A DNA stretch of 64,000 nt, from assembly GCF_009914755.1 (NCBI RefSeq), contig NC_060945.1. The stretch is one strand, 5' to 3'. Below are positions 44,671 to 63,716 of the stretch, piece by piece (the first letter of the stretch is position 1; each line of letters starts with the position of its first letter). This DNA comes from the human T2T-CHM13v2.0 reference genome, Homo sapiens. The translations under genes were made by a program, and so were the position numbers. Below the pieces are notes generated by a model. It was not told the origin of the DNA. It worked only from the letters and a program-made list of their open reading frames with translations, and did no database searches.

Positions 44671-46717
44671 GCATTCCTCTGGAGAACCCTGGCACATACA
44701 CAAGGTTAGTGCATGAGTAACAATTCGGGTCCACTGTGCATCTCTCCAAACCCAATCTGTCCTGTATTTTAACTACCTTCACACAAGGGGCAAGAATGTT
44801 AACCCTCAAGGATGCTGAAATATTCAGTTCAGCCCAGAGGACTCCGGCAGACTTGAATTCCATGTAACCTTGAGGTTGTCATTAGTTTACTTTACCCAGA
44901 AACCAGTGACTGTCACTTCTCCCTCGGGAGACTTTTCTGTAGGCACAATTAGTGTTCTCAGCCTGATGACACAGAAAGTGGAAGACAATAAACAGAAAAT
45001 GCTCCTGTTGCAATGGATATGATATTAACTATCAGACATGCTTTCAGCTGCAAATGATTAAAACCCTAAGCAAACGAGGCTTAAACAACAACAAAGACAT
45101 GTCCATACGAGGTATGGAGACAGAGAGGCTCCAGGTTAATTATTCAATTACTCATAAAGTACGTGGGTTCTTTCCTTCTTTCTCCTCTGCCACCCTTAGG
45201 ATGTTGACTTGGGAATATCTCCCACTATATTCCCAGAGAGGCTGCCATAGATCTAGGTATCACACACTGATGACATCTAGAAGCACAATGTGGTCCTTCT
45301 CACTTGCCTCTTTTTACCTTTTAGAATAGAGGCTGAGAAGAGCTAAATTGCAGTGCAAAATAGTGAAAAACACCAATGCTTCACAAATTCTTCCACAAAA
45401 AGAAGATGAAACACCTCCAAACTCACTCTGTGAGGCCAGTATTACCATGATACCAAAACCATAACAAAGATATTACAAAAAAGAAAACTATAGGCCAATA
45501 TCCTTTATGAATATAGAAACAAAAATCCTCAACATAATACTAGCAAACTGAAAACAGCAACATAAAAACAGGTTTATGTACTATGACCAAGTGGGATTTA
45601 TCTCAGGAATACAAGGTTGGTTGATATGAAAATCAATCAATGTAATACACTTTAATGGAATAAAGTGCGAAAACACATGATCTGACATGAAAAAAGCATG
45701 TAACAAAACCCAACACTCTTCCATGATAAAAAACAATGAATAAAGTAGAAATAGAAGGGCACCTTACAAAGGGCATACACAAAAACTCATAGTTAATATA
45801 TTTTTCACTGTAAATTTACAAATTATAATTGTATGTATTTATGAAGTACAAAGATTTATGATATATTTATACAATGTGGAATGATTAAATCGAGCTACTA
45901 ACATACTCATCACCTCAAATACTTATCATTTTTTGTGGTGAGAACATTTGAAATTTACTCTCAGCAATTTTGAAATATACAATACACCATTGTTAATTAT
46001 AGGCACCCTGTTGTGCAATTGGTCTCCGAAACCTATTCCTTCTGACTGAAACTTTATACCCTTTGACCATAACCTCCCTGTTCTTCTCACAACCCCAGCC
46101 TCTGGCAACCACCTTTCTGCTCTCTGCTTCTGTGAGTTTGATTGTTTCAGATTCCATATACAAGTGAAATCATGCAGTATTTGTCTTTCAGTGCTTGACT
46201 TATTACATTTAGCATAATGTCCTCCAGGTTCATCCATGTTGTTGCAAATAAGAGAATTTCCTTGTTTTTTAAGGCTAAATATTATCCCATTGTGTACATA
46301 CCACATTTTCTTTATCCATTCATCCACTGATGAACATTTAGGTTGATTTCAAAACCTGGCTATTGTGAATAATGCTGCAAGGAACACAGGAGTGCAGGTA
46401 TGTCTTTGACATACTGATTTCAAATCCTGTGGATATATTCCCAGAGATTACTGGATCATATGGTAATTCTATTTTTAGTTTCTTGAGGAATCTTCATACA
46501 ATTTTCCCTAATGGCCGTACTAAGTTATATGCCCATCAACAGTGTACAAGGGGTCCCTTTTCTCCATCCTTGCCAACATTTATCTTGCATCTTTTTGATA
46601 ATAGCCACTCTGACAGGTGTGAGGTGATATTTCATTGTGGTTTTAATTTGCATTTCCCTAATGATTAGTGATGTTGAGCACTTTTTCATATAGCTGTTGG
46701 CCATTTGTATGTCTTCT

Positions 46718-47024
46718 GTTTTTTTTTTTTTTTCTTTTTTTCGAGACAGAGTCTCTCTCTGTTGCCCAGGCTAGAGTGCAGTGGCATGATCTCAGCTCAC
46801 TGCAACCTTCACCTCCTGGGATCAAGCGATTCTTGTGCCCTGCCACTTGAGTAGCTGGGACTACAGGTGTGTGTCACCACACCTGGCTAATTTTTATGGG
46901 TTTTTGGCAGAGACGGGGTTTCACCATGTTGGCCAGGCTGGTCTCGAACTCCTGGGCTCAAGTGATCCCCTGCCTCGGCCTCCCAAAGTGGTGGGATTAC
47001 AGGCGTGAGCCACCGTACCCAGCC
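46718..47024 (-). mobile_element. Alu in L1
   Basis: TSD TGTATGTCTTCT. Confidence 0.93.
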
Positions 47025-47826
47025 TGTATGTCTTCTTTTAAGAAATGTTTATTCAAGTCCTTTGACCATTTTTAACTGTATTATTTGTTTTCTTGCTATT
47101 GAGTTGTTTGAGTTCCTTATAGATTTTGGATATTAACCCCTTATCACATGTATGGTTTGTAGATATGTTTTCCTAATCTATAGGTTGTTTCTTCACTCTG
47201 TTACAGTTTCCTTTGTGGTGCAGAAGCTTTTTACTTTGAAGTAATCCCATTTGTCTATTTTTGCTGTGCCCGTGATTTTGGAGTCAAATTCAAAAAAATA
47301 ATTGCCCAGACCAATGTCATGCAGTTGGACCCTTATCTCTTAACATATACAAAAAGTAATTGAAATGAATCAAAGTCCTGAATGCAAGAGCTAAAACTCT
47401 AAAACTCTTAGAAGAAAAGAAAAATAAGTATAAGCCTTCATGACCTTCAATTAGGCAACGGTTTCTTTGATATGACACCAAAAGCACAAACAACCAAATG
47501 AAACAAATAGATAAATCGGGCTTCATCAAAATCAAAAACTTTTGTGCTTCAAAGGACACTGTCAGGAAAGTGCAAAGGCAACCCACAGAATGGGAGAAGA
47601 TATTTCAAATCATATATATCTGTTAAGGGTCTAGCATCCACAATATATAAAGAAATCTTACAACTCAACAATAAAAGGATAAATAATTCAATTGTTAAAT
47701 GCAAATCAAAACCACAAGATACTTCCTCACACCCACTAGGATGGCTTCAATGTAAAAGACAAAAAACAAGTGTTGGTGAGGATGTGGAGAAACTGGGACC
47801 CTCATACATTACTGGTGGGAATGTAA

Positions 47827-48294
<468 letters not shown>

Positions 48295-48766
48295 TGAATG
48301 TTCATCAACTGATGAATGGACAAATAAAACATGCTATATCATACGATGGAATATTATTCCACATAAAAATTAATGAAGTACAGATATATGCTGCAACATG
48401 AACTTTGAAAACATTATGCTGAGTGAAGGAAGCCAGTCAAAAGGCCATGCATTGTATGGTTCCTTTATATTCCTTTATTACATGACACAGATCCCTTTAT
48501 TATATGAAATACCCAGCTTCCTTTATTATATGAAATATCTAGAATAGATAAATTCGTAAAGACAGAAACTACGTTGGTGGATGCCTAGGGCTGAAGGGAG
48601 GCTGTGGTAGGTAGTGACTGCTGGTGGGTAAGGTATTTCTTTTGGGGGTGATGAGAATGTTCTGGGATGAGAGAGTAGTCATAGTTGGACAATGTTATAA
48701 TTATACTAAAAATCAGTGAATTTTGCACTTTTAAAGAGTGAATTTTATATGTGGATTAAATCTTGA

Positions 48767-49062
<296 letters not shown>

Positions 49063-49446
49063 TATATCTTGATTTTTTAAAACACAATGAGAATTCGAAG
49101 TTCACAAGAATGTTCTGAAAGGGATGTGGTGAGGATAAGAGAGAAATGAAGGAGAAGGGGTGAGATCGTGAGGAGTACAGGCTTATGGGCTGGTGCAATG
49201 GATGAGAAGTCAGTTTCATAAGGGCTGGAAGGCCCTGACACACAGAGCTGCTAAGGTGCAATTTTAAGTTGACGCTGCTGTGTGTAACAGGGTTCCCCCT
49301 CCAATCCCTCTTCTGAGACTGAGGACACAAGCTCAGAAAACAGCAGGGAGCCTTTGGTGATTACACCTAGAGAGGAGAAGAAAGGCATGGACGCTTAGTG
49401 TAAAGTGTGTTGGAGTGACGCAGTGAAGGTCTTAATACTCTCAGCA

Positions 49447-49884
<438 letters not shown>

Positions 49885-50549
49885 CTATTCCAGAGTCCCA
49901 ATTGATGAGCTTTTATTGCAAAAGCCATTGAGAAACAGATTCTTTTCTCAGTGCTCTTCTGAAGGGTGAGCAAATCAATCTTACTTCCTAGATGTGTCAG
50001 CTGAGTCAAGTTACCCAGAAAGAAACACAGGAGAAATGAGTCCCTGACAAGCCTGGGTGGAAGTTCCGTCCACTGCTGTCAATCCTGCATATTTTGTTCC
50101 AATCCACTATTTCTTTAAAATTGCTGAGTAAAATGTTGGATATGACTCAGGCATCCCGAAAATCTCAAATCTCTGAATATTCAACATCAATTTAAAGAAG
50201 ACACAAGATACTGGGCTTTTTTTCCCCATTGTCAAAATATGGGGCGTATGCCGTTGCAAGTTGAGTATGTAAAAAACCATGATGCTATTTTATAGTCATG
50301 GAATCAATCATGAGAATTCACAGTCTTGTGAACAGGGACTTCTCATATTTGATAAATGACTTGATTGCTGTGTTTCTGATTAGCGGCTTTTCAATTGCAT
50401 TACAAATGTTGGAAACATCCATTAGTCAGTATTTAGCAACATTTTAGGAACTGATTAAAGTGAATCCGTGTTTCAGAAACATAGAACTACTTGTGCTGTG
50501 AACTCAACAGTGAAGATATCCAACAGATCCTTTGGGAAGAGAGAAATAG

Positions 50550-50870
<321 letters not shown>

Positions 50871-51087
50871 CCCAGGCCATCTTCTGCATGTAATTTAATT
50901 TCTGCAGGTTTGCCAGTTGGCTTGTCACTTTTACCCAGAAGTATCTGAGAGAGAAAAAAAAAAAAATTAAAGCAGGTGTGGGGCAAGAGGGAAGGCAGAC
51001 ACAAACGCAATCCAATGTTATAGTAGAAGATCACTGCTTAGACTATCTCCATAGTTCATCTTTGCTTTGGTTTCCATCTTAATTTTT

Positions 51088-51616
<529 letters not shown>

Positions 51617-51639
51617 CCATCTTAATTTTTAAATTGAGA

Positions 51640-52178
51640 TTGGTAAAGTTTTTCTATTTCTTCATAGTAAATATTTTCAGCTTTGCAGGCCATACATAGT
51701 CTCTGTTGCAACTACTCAACTCTGCCTTTGTAAGAACGAAGCAGCTATAGGCAATATGTAAATGAAGGGTGTGGCTGTGTTTCCATGAAACTTTATTAAT
51801 AAAAACAGGAATCAGGGGCCGGGCACGGTGGCTCGTGCCTGTAATCCCAGCACTTTGGGAGGGCGAGGTGGGAAGATCACTTGAGCTCAGGAGTTCAAAA
51901 CCAGCCTGGCCAACATGGTGAAACCCTGTCTCTACAAAAAATACAAAAATTAGGCGGGTGTGGTGGCACGCACCTGTAGTCCCAGCTACTCAGGAGGCTG
52001 AGGCAGGAGAATCACTTTGAACCCAGGAGGCGGAGGTTGCATGCAGTGAGCCAAGATCGCACCACTGCACCCAGCCTGGGTGACAGAACGAGACTCCATC
52101 TCAAAAACAAAAACAAAAACAAAAAACAGGCATCAGGTTGGATTTGGCCCATGGGTCACAGTTCATCAACCCAGCTCT
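51640..52178. mobile_element. MER58A-like hAT element split by an Alu (51817-52125, + strand)
   Basis: agtaaatattttcagctttgcaggcc...tctctgttgcaactactcaactctgcc...ggatttggcccatggg; Alu TSD AAAAACAGG(A/C)ATCAGG. Confidence 0.8.
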
Positions 52179-52325
52179 TCACTATGCTAGAATCAAGAGC
52201 CATGATTATGTTTTACAATTTTGATAGCTGCTGACATCACTGATTGTATGTCATATTTACCCTACTTCAGACCAACATTTATTTCCTTTTCTTTTTGTAC
52301 ATTGCCAGATTACATTGCGATGCTA

Positions 52326-52853
<528 letters not shown>

Positions 52854-53771
52854 TCAGTCCTTAACTTCCTCTCTTCTTCCCCTTTCAGAGTGAGATTTTG
52901 CGTGGTAAGATTTGGGGAGGCATGTTTTGATATTCCTTGTGATTTTGAATGGGAGGCCAAGCAGGGCTTCAGGAAGTGGAGCCCAGAGCTGGTGTTCCTG
53001 GGCTTGGTGACAGGTCCTGGGCCCCTCCCTGTCTGAGGATACCATTCTATGTGTCCCCATGACAACTCCGAGGTTTGATGCTGGTGGAGCTGATTGCTTC
53101 CATGAGGGCTTCATAGTCTAATTCTAGCACACTCTCCATTTCTCAATGGACCACTCCAAAAAGCTTCCCTCGAAGGATCAGTCTGGCCAAGAAAAACTTG
53201 CATGGCCCTGGGTACCACCATTTCTACCTGCACAGCTCCGGACAACCGCAGAATCCTGATGCCCGCTCTATGTGGGACCATGAAAGGCCCTCTCGATGTT
53301 GTCCTGCTCTCAGATTTCTTTTTCCAGAAAGTTCAGCTGTGGCTCCCATTTCTACTGCTATGTAACACTGCTGTGCTCAGGCTGGGGAAGCCCCTAATTT
53401 TCCAACAGGGAAATAATCTTGTACATTGAGACCAACCGTAACATTATCCCAAGCAGCTATGAGATGTGCACAAGTAATTTGTTATTAATCCAAATTTAGC
53501 CTTCTCCCTGACATAAAATTAAATTATGCCTTCAAAAGCCTAAAATGGCTTAAACATTATCCCTAAAATAATGTCACTTCCGATGTGCTTTCTGTAGTGA
53601 AAAAAAAGAAGTTAGGTGAGAATGAATGAACCACCTATGCTTCCCCTCACAACCCAGAAGCCCTTGATCCACAGTGAGCAGCCGTGGGAAATACAAATTG
53701 TTCTGCTGCTTGCAAGGTGTGGTTTTATAGTTTCTGTTGTTTTCTTTTGCATTTCATTCTGAAATATATTC

Positions 53772-54075
53772 TTTTTTTTTTTTTTTTTGAGACATAGTCT
53801 CGCTCTGTTGCCCAGGCTGGAGTGGAGTGATGTGATCTCGGCTGTCTGCAACCTCCGCCTTCCAGGTTCAAGTGATTCTCCTGCCTCAGCCTTCTGAGTA
53901 GCTGGGATTATAGATGCCCGCCACCACACCTGGCTAATTTTTATTTTGTATTTTTGGTAGAGATGGGGTTTCACCATGGTGGCCAGGCTGGTCTTGAAGT
54001 CCTGACCTCAAGCTATCTACCCCCCTCAGCCTCCCAAAGTGCTGAGATTATAGGCGTGAGCCACCGTGCCTGGCC
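53772..54075 (-). mobile_element. Alu
   Basis: Antisense Alu. Confidence 0.92.
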
Positions 54076-54469
54076 CTGAGATAGATTTTTAACATGAAAG
54101 ATGTCAAGGCTAAACACACGTGAGTAACCCCTGCACTGCTGATGAACGAATATGCCACCCTGCCTCTCTCCAAGCAAAGAGGAGAAACCTGCCATCAGGC
54201 TGTATGAACTCTTCTTTGCTTTTTTCCAGTATTGTCATTCAGATTAGCTTTCATGCACGTACCACAAGAAAAATCAGATGTCCTGGATTTGTCCTGTGTT
54301 CCTCATCAGCAGAGGAAGCCACTAGCAGCCCTTACGAGAATCAAGGCTACTCTACTGGAACTCTTCTTACATAGCCAAAAATGTGTGAATTCCATTTACT
54401 GTGATTTTTAACAAAAATGTGTTTATTTAAATGTGTTTATTGTGGTACTCGCTTGCTTAATTATCTTAT

Positions 54470-54790
<321 letters not shown>

Positions 54791-54864
54791 TGTTTGCTTA
54801 ATTATCTGTGGAATACAGAAAAAGAAAAAAATCAATACTCTTTAAAAAAATAATCTAGTCCTTA

Positions 54865-55237
<373 letters not shown>

Positions 55238-55335
55238 TCATGTGGATGAATGTGTTTATCAATGTCCCTGGGGAAAATAAAAGCAGCGTTATTTGCCTTA
55301 CTTCCCTACCAGATTTTTGATATTTTCTCAAAATC

Positions 55336-55512
55336 AGCTGGGTGCAGGAGCATGAGCCTGTAACCCCAAGCTCTACTCAGGAGGCTGAGGTGGGAGGATC
55401 AGTTGAGCCCAGGAGGTCAAGGCTGCAGTAAGCTATCACTGCACCACTGCACTCCAGCCTGGGTGACAGAGCAAGACTCTGTTTCTTTAAAAACAAAACA
55501 AAACAAAAAAAT
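55336..55512 (+). mobile_element. Alu monomer (FRAM/right-arm type)
   Basis: Single arm flanked by the direct repeat TATTTTCTCAAAATC. Confidence 0.8.
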
Positions 55513-55612
55513 CTTATATTTTCTCAAAATCGGAGTCCACTCATGGGATGTGTCATTTTATTAGCTATATATATACATCTATGCCGTTTGGATTTGAATG
55601 TCATCCATTATC

Positions 55613-56094
55613 TGTTGCAGTGGGTTGAATGGTGTCCCCTTCCCCCAAAAAAAGACATGCCCAATCCCTAAGTCCCAGTACCTGTGAATGCGGCCTTGCT
55701 TGGAAATCATATCTTTGCAGATGTCATGAAGAGAAGGATCTCAAGTTGAGATTATCCTACATTAGTTGTGTGAGCCCTGAATGCAATGAACCTTATAAGA
55801 CAAAAGGAGAAACAGATACAGAAAGAGACATGGGAGAAGGTGATGTGACCACATAGGCAGAGATGGGAGTGACGCAGCAGCAAGCCAGGGAGCCCTACGG
55901 ATGGCCGGCCGCCACCAAAAGCTGGGAGAAAGGCAGGGAACAGATTCTCCCTGAGAGCCTTTAGAGCAAGCACAGCCCTGCTCACACCATGATTTCAGAC
56001 TTCCAGCCTCCAGGACTGTGCAAGAATAAATGTCTGTTGTTTTAAGCCACCGAGCTTGTGGAACTTTGTAACGGCAGCCCTGGGAAACTAACAC
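55613..56094 (+). mobile_element. MLT1C/D MaLR solo LTR
   Basis: tgggttgaatggtgtcccc...cagattctccctgagagcct...aataaatgtctgttgttttaagccacc...gaaactaacac. Confidence 0.85.
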
Positions 56095-56379
56095 CTGTGG
56101 GTCGAGGCAGGGAAAGAAATGCTGCCCCAGTATAGAGAAGATTTGCTCCAGGTTCTAGGAGAGCCAAAAAGCAGCATCTCATGGCCGTCAGCAAACCCCT
56201 GGGAGGACGGCAGACCCCAGGGGGCGAGCAAACTTGCTGGTGGTTGGAGCATGCCTGATGCTATCACTCTGTGGGTACCAAGTACCAGGCAAACAGGTAG
56301 GCCTTGTTCAAAGCCAGTGATGGAGAGAGGCACTCTCCAACAGAGCCATCGAACAGGGCACGTACTGTATCAGCTCTAG

Positions 56380-57445
56380 CAGAGGCCAGCAAACTTTTCT
56401 GTAAAGGGCTTGATAGTAAGTATTTTCAGCTTTGTGAACCACAAACCGGAGTAGTCTCTGTCACACCTCCTCAGCTCTGCTGTTGGGAAGTGAAACCAAC
56501 CATATGCAACTGCCAAACAAATACACGTGAAAATCTTTATTTACACATGCTTCGCTCTATACCCAAAAAAATGTAAAGCAGGGACTCAAACAGATACTTG
56601 TATATGAATGTTATTCTCACAATAGCCAAGAGGTGGAAATAACCCAGGTGTTCATCAATAGATGAATGGACAAACGAAATGTGTAGATACACGTACATGC
56701 AAAGGAATAGTATACAGCCTTAAAAAGGAATGAAATTCTGACACGTGCTACAACGTGGGTGAACCCTGAACGCATGATGCTAAGTAAAATAAGCCAGACA
56801 CAAAAGTAAAAAGATCGTATGACTGCACTTACATGAAGTACCTAGAACAGGCAAATTCATAGAGATAGAAAGTAGAAGTTACTAGAAGCTCAGGAAAGTG
56901 GGAAATGGAAAGTTACCGATTCACGGTACAGAGTTCCTATTTGGGGTGCTGAAAAAGTTTTGAAATTAGATAGTGGGGATGGTTATACAAAGTGTGAATA
57001 TACTCAATGCCACTGAATTGTACAATTTAAAATGGTTAAAATAGTAAATTTTATGTTATACATATTTTGTCATAATAAAGTTTGCATTTAGAAAAAAAAA
57101 ATTTCTTTCAAACAGAGTCTCACTCTGTCACCCAGGCTGGAGTGCAGTGGCATCATCTCGGCTCACTGCAACCTCTGCCTCCCAGGTTCATTCTTTCTGC
57201 CTCAGCTTCCTGAGTAGCTGGAATTACAGGCATGCATCACCACAACCAGCTAATTTTTGTATTTTTAGTAGAAATGGGGTTTTGCCATTTTGGCCAGGCT
57301 GGTCTCGAACTTCTGACCTCAAGTGATCCACCCAGCTCAGCCTCCCAAAGTGCTGGGATTACAGGCGTGAGCAACCATACCCGGCTTAGGAAAAAAAAAA
57401 ATTATTTACAAAAATAGAAACTGGCCATAGTTTGCCAACTCCTGG
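56380..57445. mobile_element. MER58-like relic interrupted by an L1M 3' end (56560-57090, +) and an Alu (57100-57390, -)
   Basis: cagcaaacttttctgtaaaggg... at the left and ggccatagtttgccaactcctg at the right; L1 motif gatgaatggacaaacgaaatgtg. Confidence 0.7.
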
Positions 57446-58902
57446 TATAGAGTTTTCTATAACATCAAAGTGGCTCTTGGTATGTGACTGTTCCAGAATT
57501 ATCCCAGCATAGCAGATATGAGGTGGTACTTCCTATGAGCTCTGCCATCCTCAGTCCCTGGACTGTGTCATTTCCTTTGGGCATGTGCACATACACCCCT
57601 GGAACATGGAGGAAGGCATATTAATAGCGGGTAGTATGGATTTAAAAGCCTCAGAACCGTGTCATTGATGCTATGCTCTGTTCCTGGAAGTGAAAATGCA
57701 CAGAGGAACCAGCTGGTACAGTATGATGACAACAGATTTAGGGTACCCAGTCACCATTCACTGCATGGCCTCAGTCACGTTATCCCTGCTCTCTGGGCCT
57801 CAGTTTAATCAGATGATTCTCATTTGCTGGCTATATGATGTCCTGCTCTGGAAAAGCATGTAGCTTAGAAATGAGACTGCATGTGAAGGTATTACACCAC
57901 CCCCCGTGGATGGCTGCCACCATCCTTAAGCATATTTTCATCCAGAAGAATAAACATCCTTAGAGAAATACACATGAAATGCAAAGCTTGAAGTCATAAC
58001 TCAATGCATAACAACCTGCAAACCAGTACAGGCTTATGAGCTAGCTAATAAAATAAATCATAGTCATGTTTTTCAAATGACTTTTCATGTGTTGTCATTA
58101 CTTCTCCGACGTACTGTAAATTAACTGTGAAGTGCTACTTCCTGCAGGGAGGTTTTCTTTCCCCTCCCAAATATAAAGAGGTTGTAAGGCTAAAGAATGC
58201 AGACATGCATCATGTCTGCGAAAATCATTTTTTAAAAAGATCAAATGTAATATTTTCTTTCAACATGGACAACTGCTTTGAGATTTTCCATTCAAGCAGC
58301 CTTGAACACAGCCTCCAGCGTTTGCCAATTACTCCTGACAAATACCATTTGGGCCTGAGTGATGTTGTAAGTGAAATAAAACAGTGGAAGGAAAAAAACC
58401 AGAACATGATAAAAGGAATTTTTTTTGGTCTGCTGAGAACTTACTGTAAGTTATACATTCAGGAGTGAAGGCCCTGCTTCCTGCCAGTGACGGACTCCAT
58501 GTGAGCTGGAGTTTGAAGGTGACTTTTGTTTGACAGTAATAGGAAGGGAAGACAAAACTCAGTTTTCATGTCCCTTGAAAGGGAGTCAGCCCTTTTTTCT
58601 CCCTCATAAAGAGGAAAAAAAAGTATATAAACAAAAGAAGAGAAAAAGAGGCACTAGGCCCTGTTCCCTGTCATTCTGCACAATACGCACTAATGGCTGA
58701 AAACAATCCCATGAAATCAGCGTGGCCAGCATGCCCGGGCGGCCAGCAGCCCCACCTGCCTCCGTACCTGAGCTCTGAGCATGTTAGAACCAGCTGAAGG
58801 CAACCAAAGCCACAGGAAAGAGAGGGCACAGCCAACTTTCAAAGTGCAGTCATCTGGTCCCACCCCCACCCCCCTACCCCCATCTCTCCTGAAGTTTCCT
58901 CC

Positions 58903-59200
58903 TTTTTTTTTTTTTTTTTGAGACAGAGTCTCCCTCTGTTGTACACGCTGGAGTGCAGTGCTGCAATCTCGGCTCCTGCAACCTCCACCTCCTGGGTTCA
59001 AGTGATTCTAGTGCCTCAGCCTCCCGAGTAGCTGGGATTACAGGCACCCACCACCACACTCGACTAATTTTTGTATTTTTAGTAAAGACGGGGTTTCACC
59101 ATGTTGACCAGGCTGATCTCAAACTCCTGATCTCAAATGATCTGCCCGCCTTGGCCTCCCGAAGTGCTGGGATTACAGGTATGAGCCACCGTGCCTGGCC
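58903..59200 (-). mobile_element. Alu
   Basis: TSD AAGTTTCCTCCTTTT. Confidence 0.93.
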
Positions 59201-59409
59201 AAGTTTCCTCCTTTTCTGAGGTTCCTGTCCCAGAATCTATGATGGCCAAGACAAAGCAAAGGTGAAGACTGCTCCCCCTCCACCACTGCCTTTCCCAACA
59301 TCCTTCTCTGCTTGTTCTTTAAGATTCCAGTGAAACTCAACCTTGACCTCAGTGCTGTGGGGAATCAGAGAGCAGCCAGGGGAAACGACTGGAAAGAGGC
59401 TGGGTGGTA

Positions 59410-59695
59410 ACTGGGCACAGTGGCTCATGCCTGTAATCCCAGCATTTTGAGAGACAAAGGTGGGAGGATCACTTGAGGCCTAGAGTTTGAGACCAGTCTG
59501 GGCAACATGGTGAGACCCCCGTCTCTACAAAATATTTTTAGAATTAGCCAGGTGTGGTGGTGCGTGCCTGTAGTTCCAACTGCTCAGGAGACGGAGGCAG
59601 GATGGTTGCTTGAGCTCACGAATTTGAGGCTGCAGTGAGCCATGATTGGCCGTTGCACTCCAGCCTGGGCAAAAGAGCAGGACCCTGTCTCTCAA
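59410..59695 (+). mobile_element. Alu (J-type) lacking an A-tail
   Basis: Ends gaccctgtctctcaa with no poly(A). Confidence 0.85.
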
Positions 59696-60449
59696 GGCTG
59701 AGAGGGTACCAAGTGCCCACATGGTATCCAGCAGACCAGGACCCAGAGCTGGTCTGTCTATACCAGCCACGAACCTTGGACAAGGAAGGGACTTTGCTAG
59801 CTAATAAAAATAAGCTGGACTGACTGACTGAGCTGGACTTTCCCCATCTGTTGGGGGAGACTATTGTAGCCACTGAGGATGAAACTGATTCAGGGCTGGC
59901 AGCCTGTCGTACTGTGCTGGCACCTGGAAATGCTAAGTCAATGCCACGGTCCAGTCTGAACATCCTGGGACCCCTCCACTCAGGGTGCACCAGTCCTAAT
60001 GCACCTGTGGAGCTCGGCGATTTTGTAACCACACTGCTGCACTGGGATCTATTTTTCCCGGTGAATGAAAAACTCACAAATGTGAGTGATTTAGGCTGGA
60101 GGTCCGCAGCCCCACGGCGCAGAGGCTCCCCAGCATGTGGTGTGAGTAAGGGGCTGGTGGCTTTCTGTCCAGCTGCCTCCCACTTCAAGAAGTCTTTGGC
60201 AACTGCCATGCCCCAAAGTAAAAGGGGCAAAACCATGGTCATTGTGCTGATAATCGGGCCTCGTGGGTCCTCTGAGCAGAACCCCAGCCCCGCCTCACTT
60301 TCTGTAAATGAGCCATCTCCACTGGCACCTCGTGTCAAGGAAGGGTGAACCAGGACAGGGCTAAAGGGATTGCCAATGGACAGCCCAGAAGACAGGTCAT
60401 AAACCGCCCAACTGGCTCGATGTCTGGAGTCGGTCACACCTCGAAGACA

Positions 60450-60950
<501 letters not shown>

Positions 60951-61263
60951 AAGGCAAACAGCCCCAATCAACAAAGCTGAAAGCACTTATTTAGCTTCCT
61001 GGGGGACATTTTTTGGTGGTAGTGGCCTCCTTTATAGACTTTTGCCCTGGTGACCTATAAAAGAAAGAAGATAGATCCTAGCAGTTGCCCCCTGCCAGTA
61101 CTTTTCTCCTGCTGGTATCAGAGACACTGCCTTCTAATACAGAGACACAGTATTTCTCCTCTCGCACGACTGCTGCCATGGTTGTGAGTCAAGACTCCCT
61201 GCCTAGACTACATGGTGGCCACCTACTCTTAACATTGAACCACAACCATCAAAAATCACTTGT

Positions 61264-62223
<960 letters not shown>

Positions 62224-62945
62224 TAAATAATATCTGCATTCCATATACATAATCACCATCACCAGTGAGGCAACTCCAATCAGATAAACAGTAATGTATA
62301 CCTTTCTCTACTCCTCCAATTAAAAAAAAAAAAACCTTCAATATAGTGATATTGAATATTGGCCTCATCGAGGTCTTGGTAGCACTCTGTAGATCAACAT
62401 GCCAAAGAGAAAACAAACTTCCACTCAACACAAAGCCAGAATGTGTATCAATAGCACGGGGCTGGGGAGGAGAAGGGTATCAGGAGGGAGAAAAGCATTA
62501 TAGCAGCTTCCCGGTTCACAAGTTGAATTTGTCTACACATAAGACCAGATGACAGAGCTTCTGATAAAGTCCAGCTGACCAAAGAAATCATTTCAAGTGA
62601 GGCCATCAGCGTCAAGTCATCATGTGATGTTGTACTGAGTCAGTCCACATCACCAGCCATTTGGGGATCTACAGTGTCTCAGTATCCTGTGGACAGAGAA
62701 GCTCAAGCGCACCCTGATGGTTTTTTTCACTCTACCTTGAGGCCCCAACCTCTGATCAGTCATGCACCTCTAACAAAGATGGGCCAGGCCTCCCCTCGGT
62801 CAGCAGAAATGGATTCTTTCCACCTCACCACAAAATACTTCACGTTATTCTAGAAACACCTGGCAGATGAGAAGCTAGGAGTCACAGGATCCGTCCCTCT
62901 GTTTGTGTGGGTGGTCAGTTTCAACTCCTTAAAAGCCATCCTTCT

Positions 62946-63257
<312 letters not shown>

Positions 63258-63696
63258 TCCTTCTTTTGGCCTGCCTGAAACAGCCTGAGTCTACCTGCTA
63301 TCAATTAGGATAGAAATTGAAACCTGCTACCCGGTGTGAAAAGTTCTCTCCTTCTCAAAAGTAAGGGCTAAATATATGCCTTTATTTGTGGCTCCTCTGT
63401 GGGCAGAGCCAGGATGGTTCCTGCACGGTCTCACCCCCTCCTCCTCTCGCCATTACATCTGAGCCACCACTGCCCTCTCCAGCCCCTGCCCCACCTGGCC
63501 AGGTCCCTTCCCGAGCAGCTATCACCTTGAAGTGGTGTTTATCCGCCCAAAGGAGAATGTGAACGTTGGCATTTTCTTCCAGGGGAAACACGGAGAGTTG
63601 CTTCTGCCTTGTTTGGATGCTACTAATATTTGGGAAAACCACTCTCTGCTGCCTGACTTGACCGAGCCGCAGTACCCAGGTCAGCTCGGCGGTCCT

Positions 63697-63716
63697 CTTG
63701 CGCCATCTAGTGTACG
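63697..63716 (-). promoter_or_regulatory. Candidate CTCF site
   Basis: Minus strand reads ACACTAGATGGCGC (63713-63700), against the CTCF core CCAC(C/T)AG(A/G)(G/T)GGC(A/G)(C/G); the surrounding non-repeat sequence retains CpGs. Confidence 0.6.

Noticed and set aside
45926-46327. 133-aa ORF MDEWIKKMWY
   Set aside because: Decayed L1 ORF2 C-terminus and 3' UTR.
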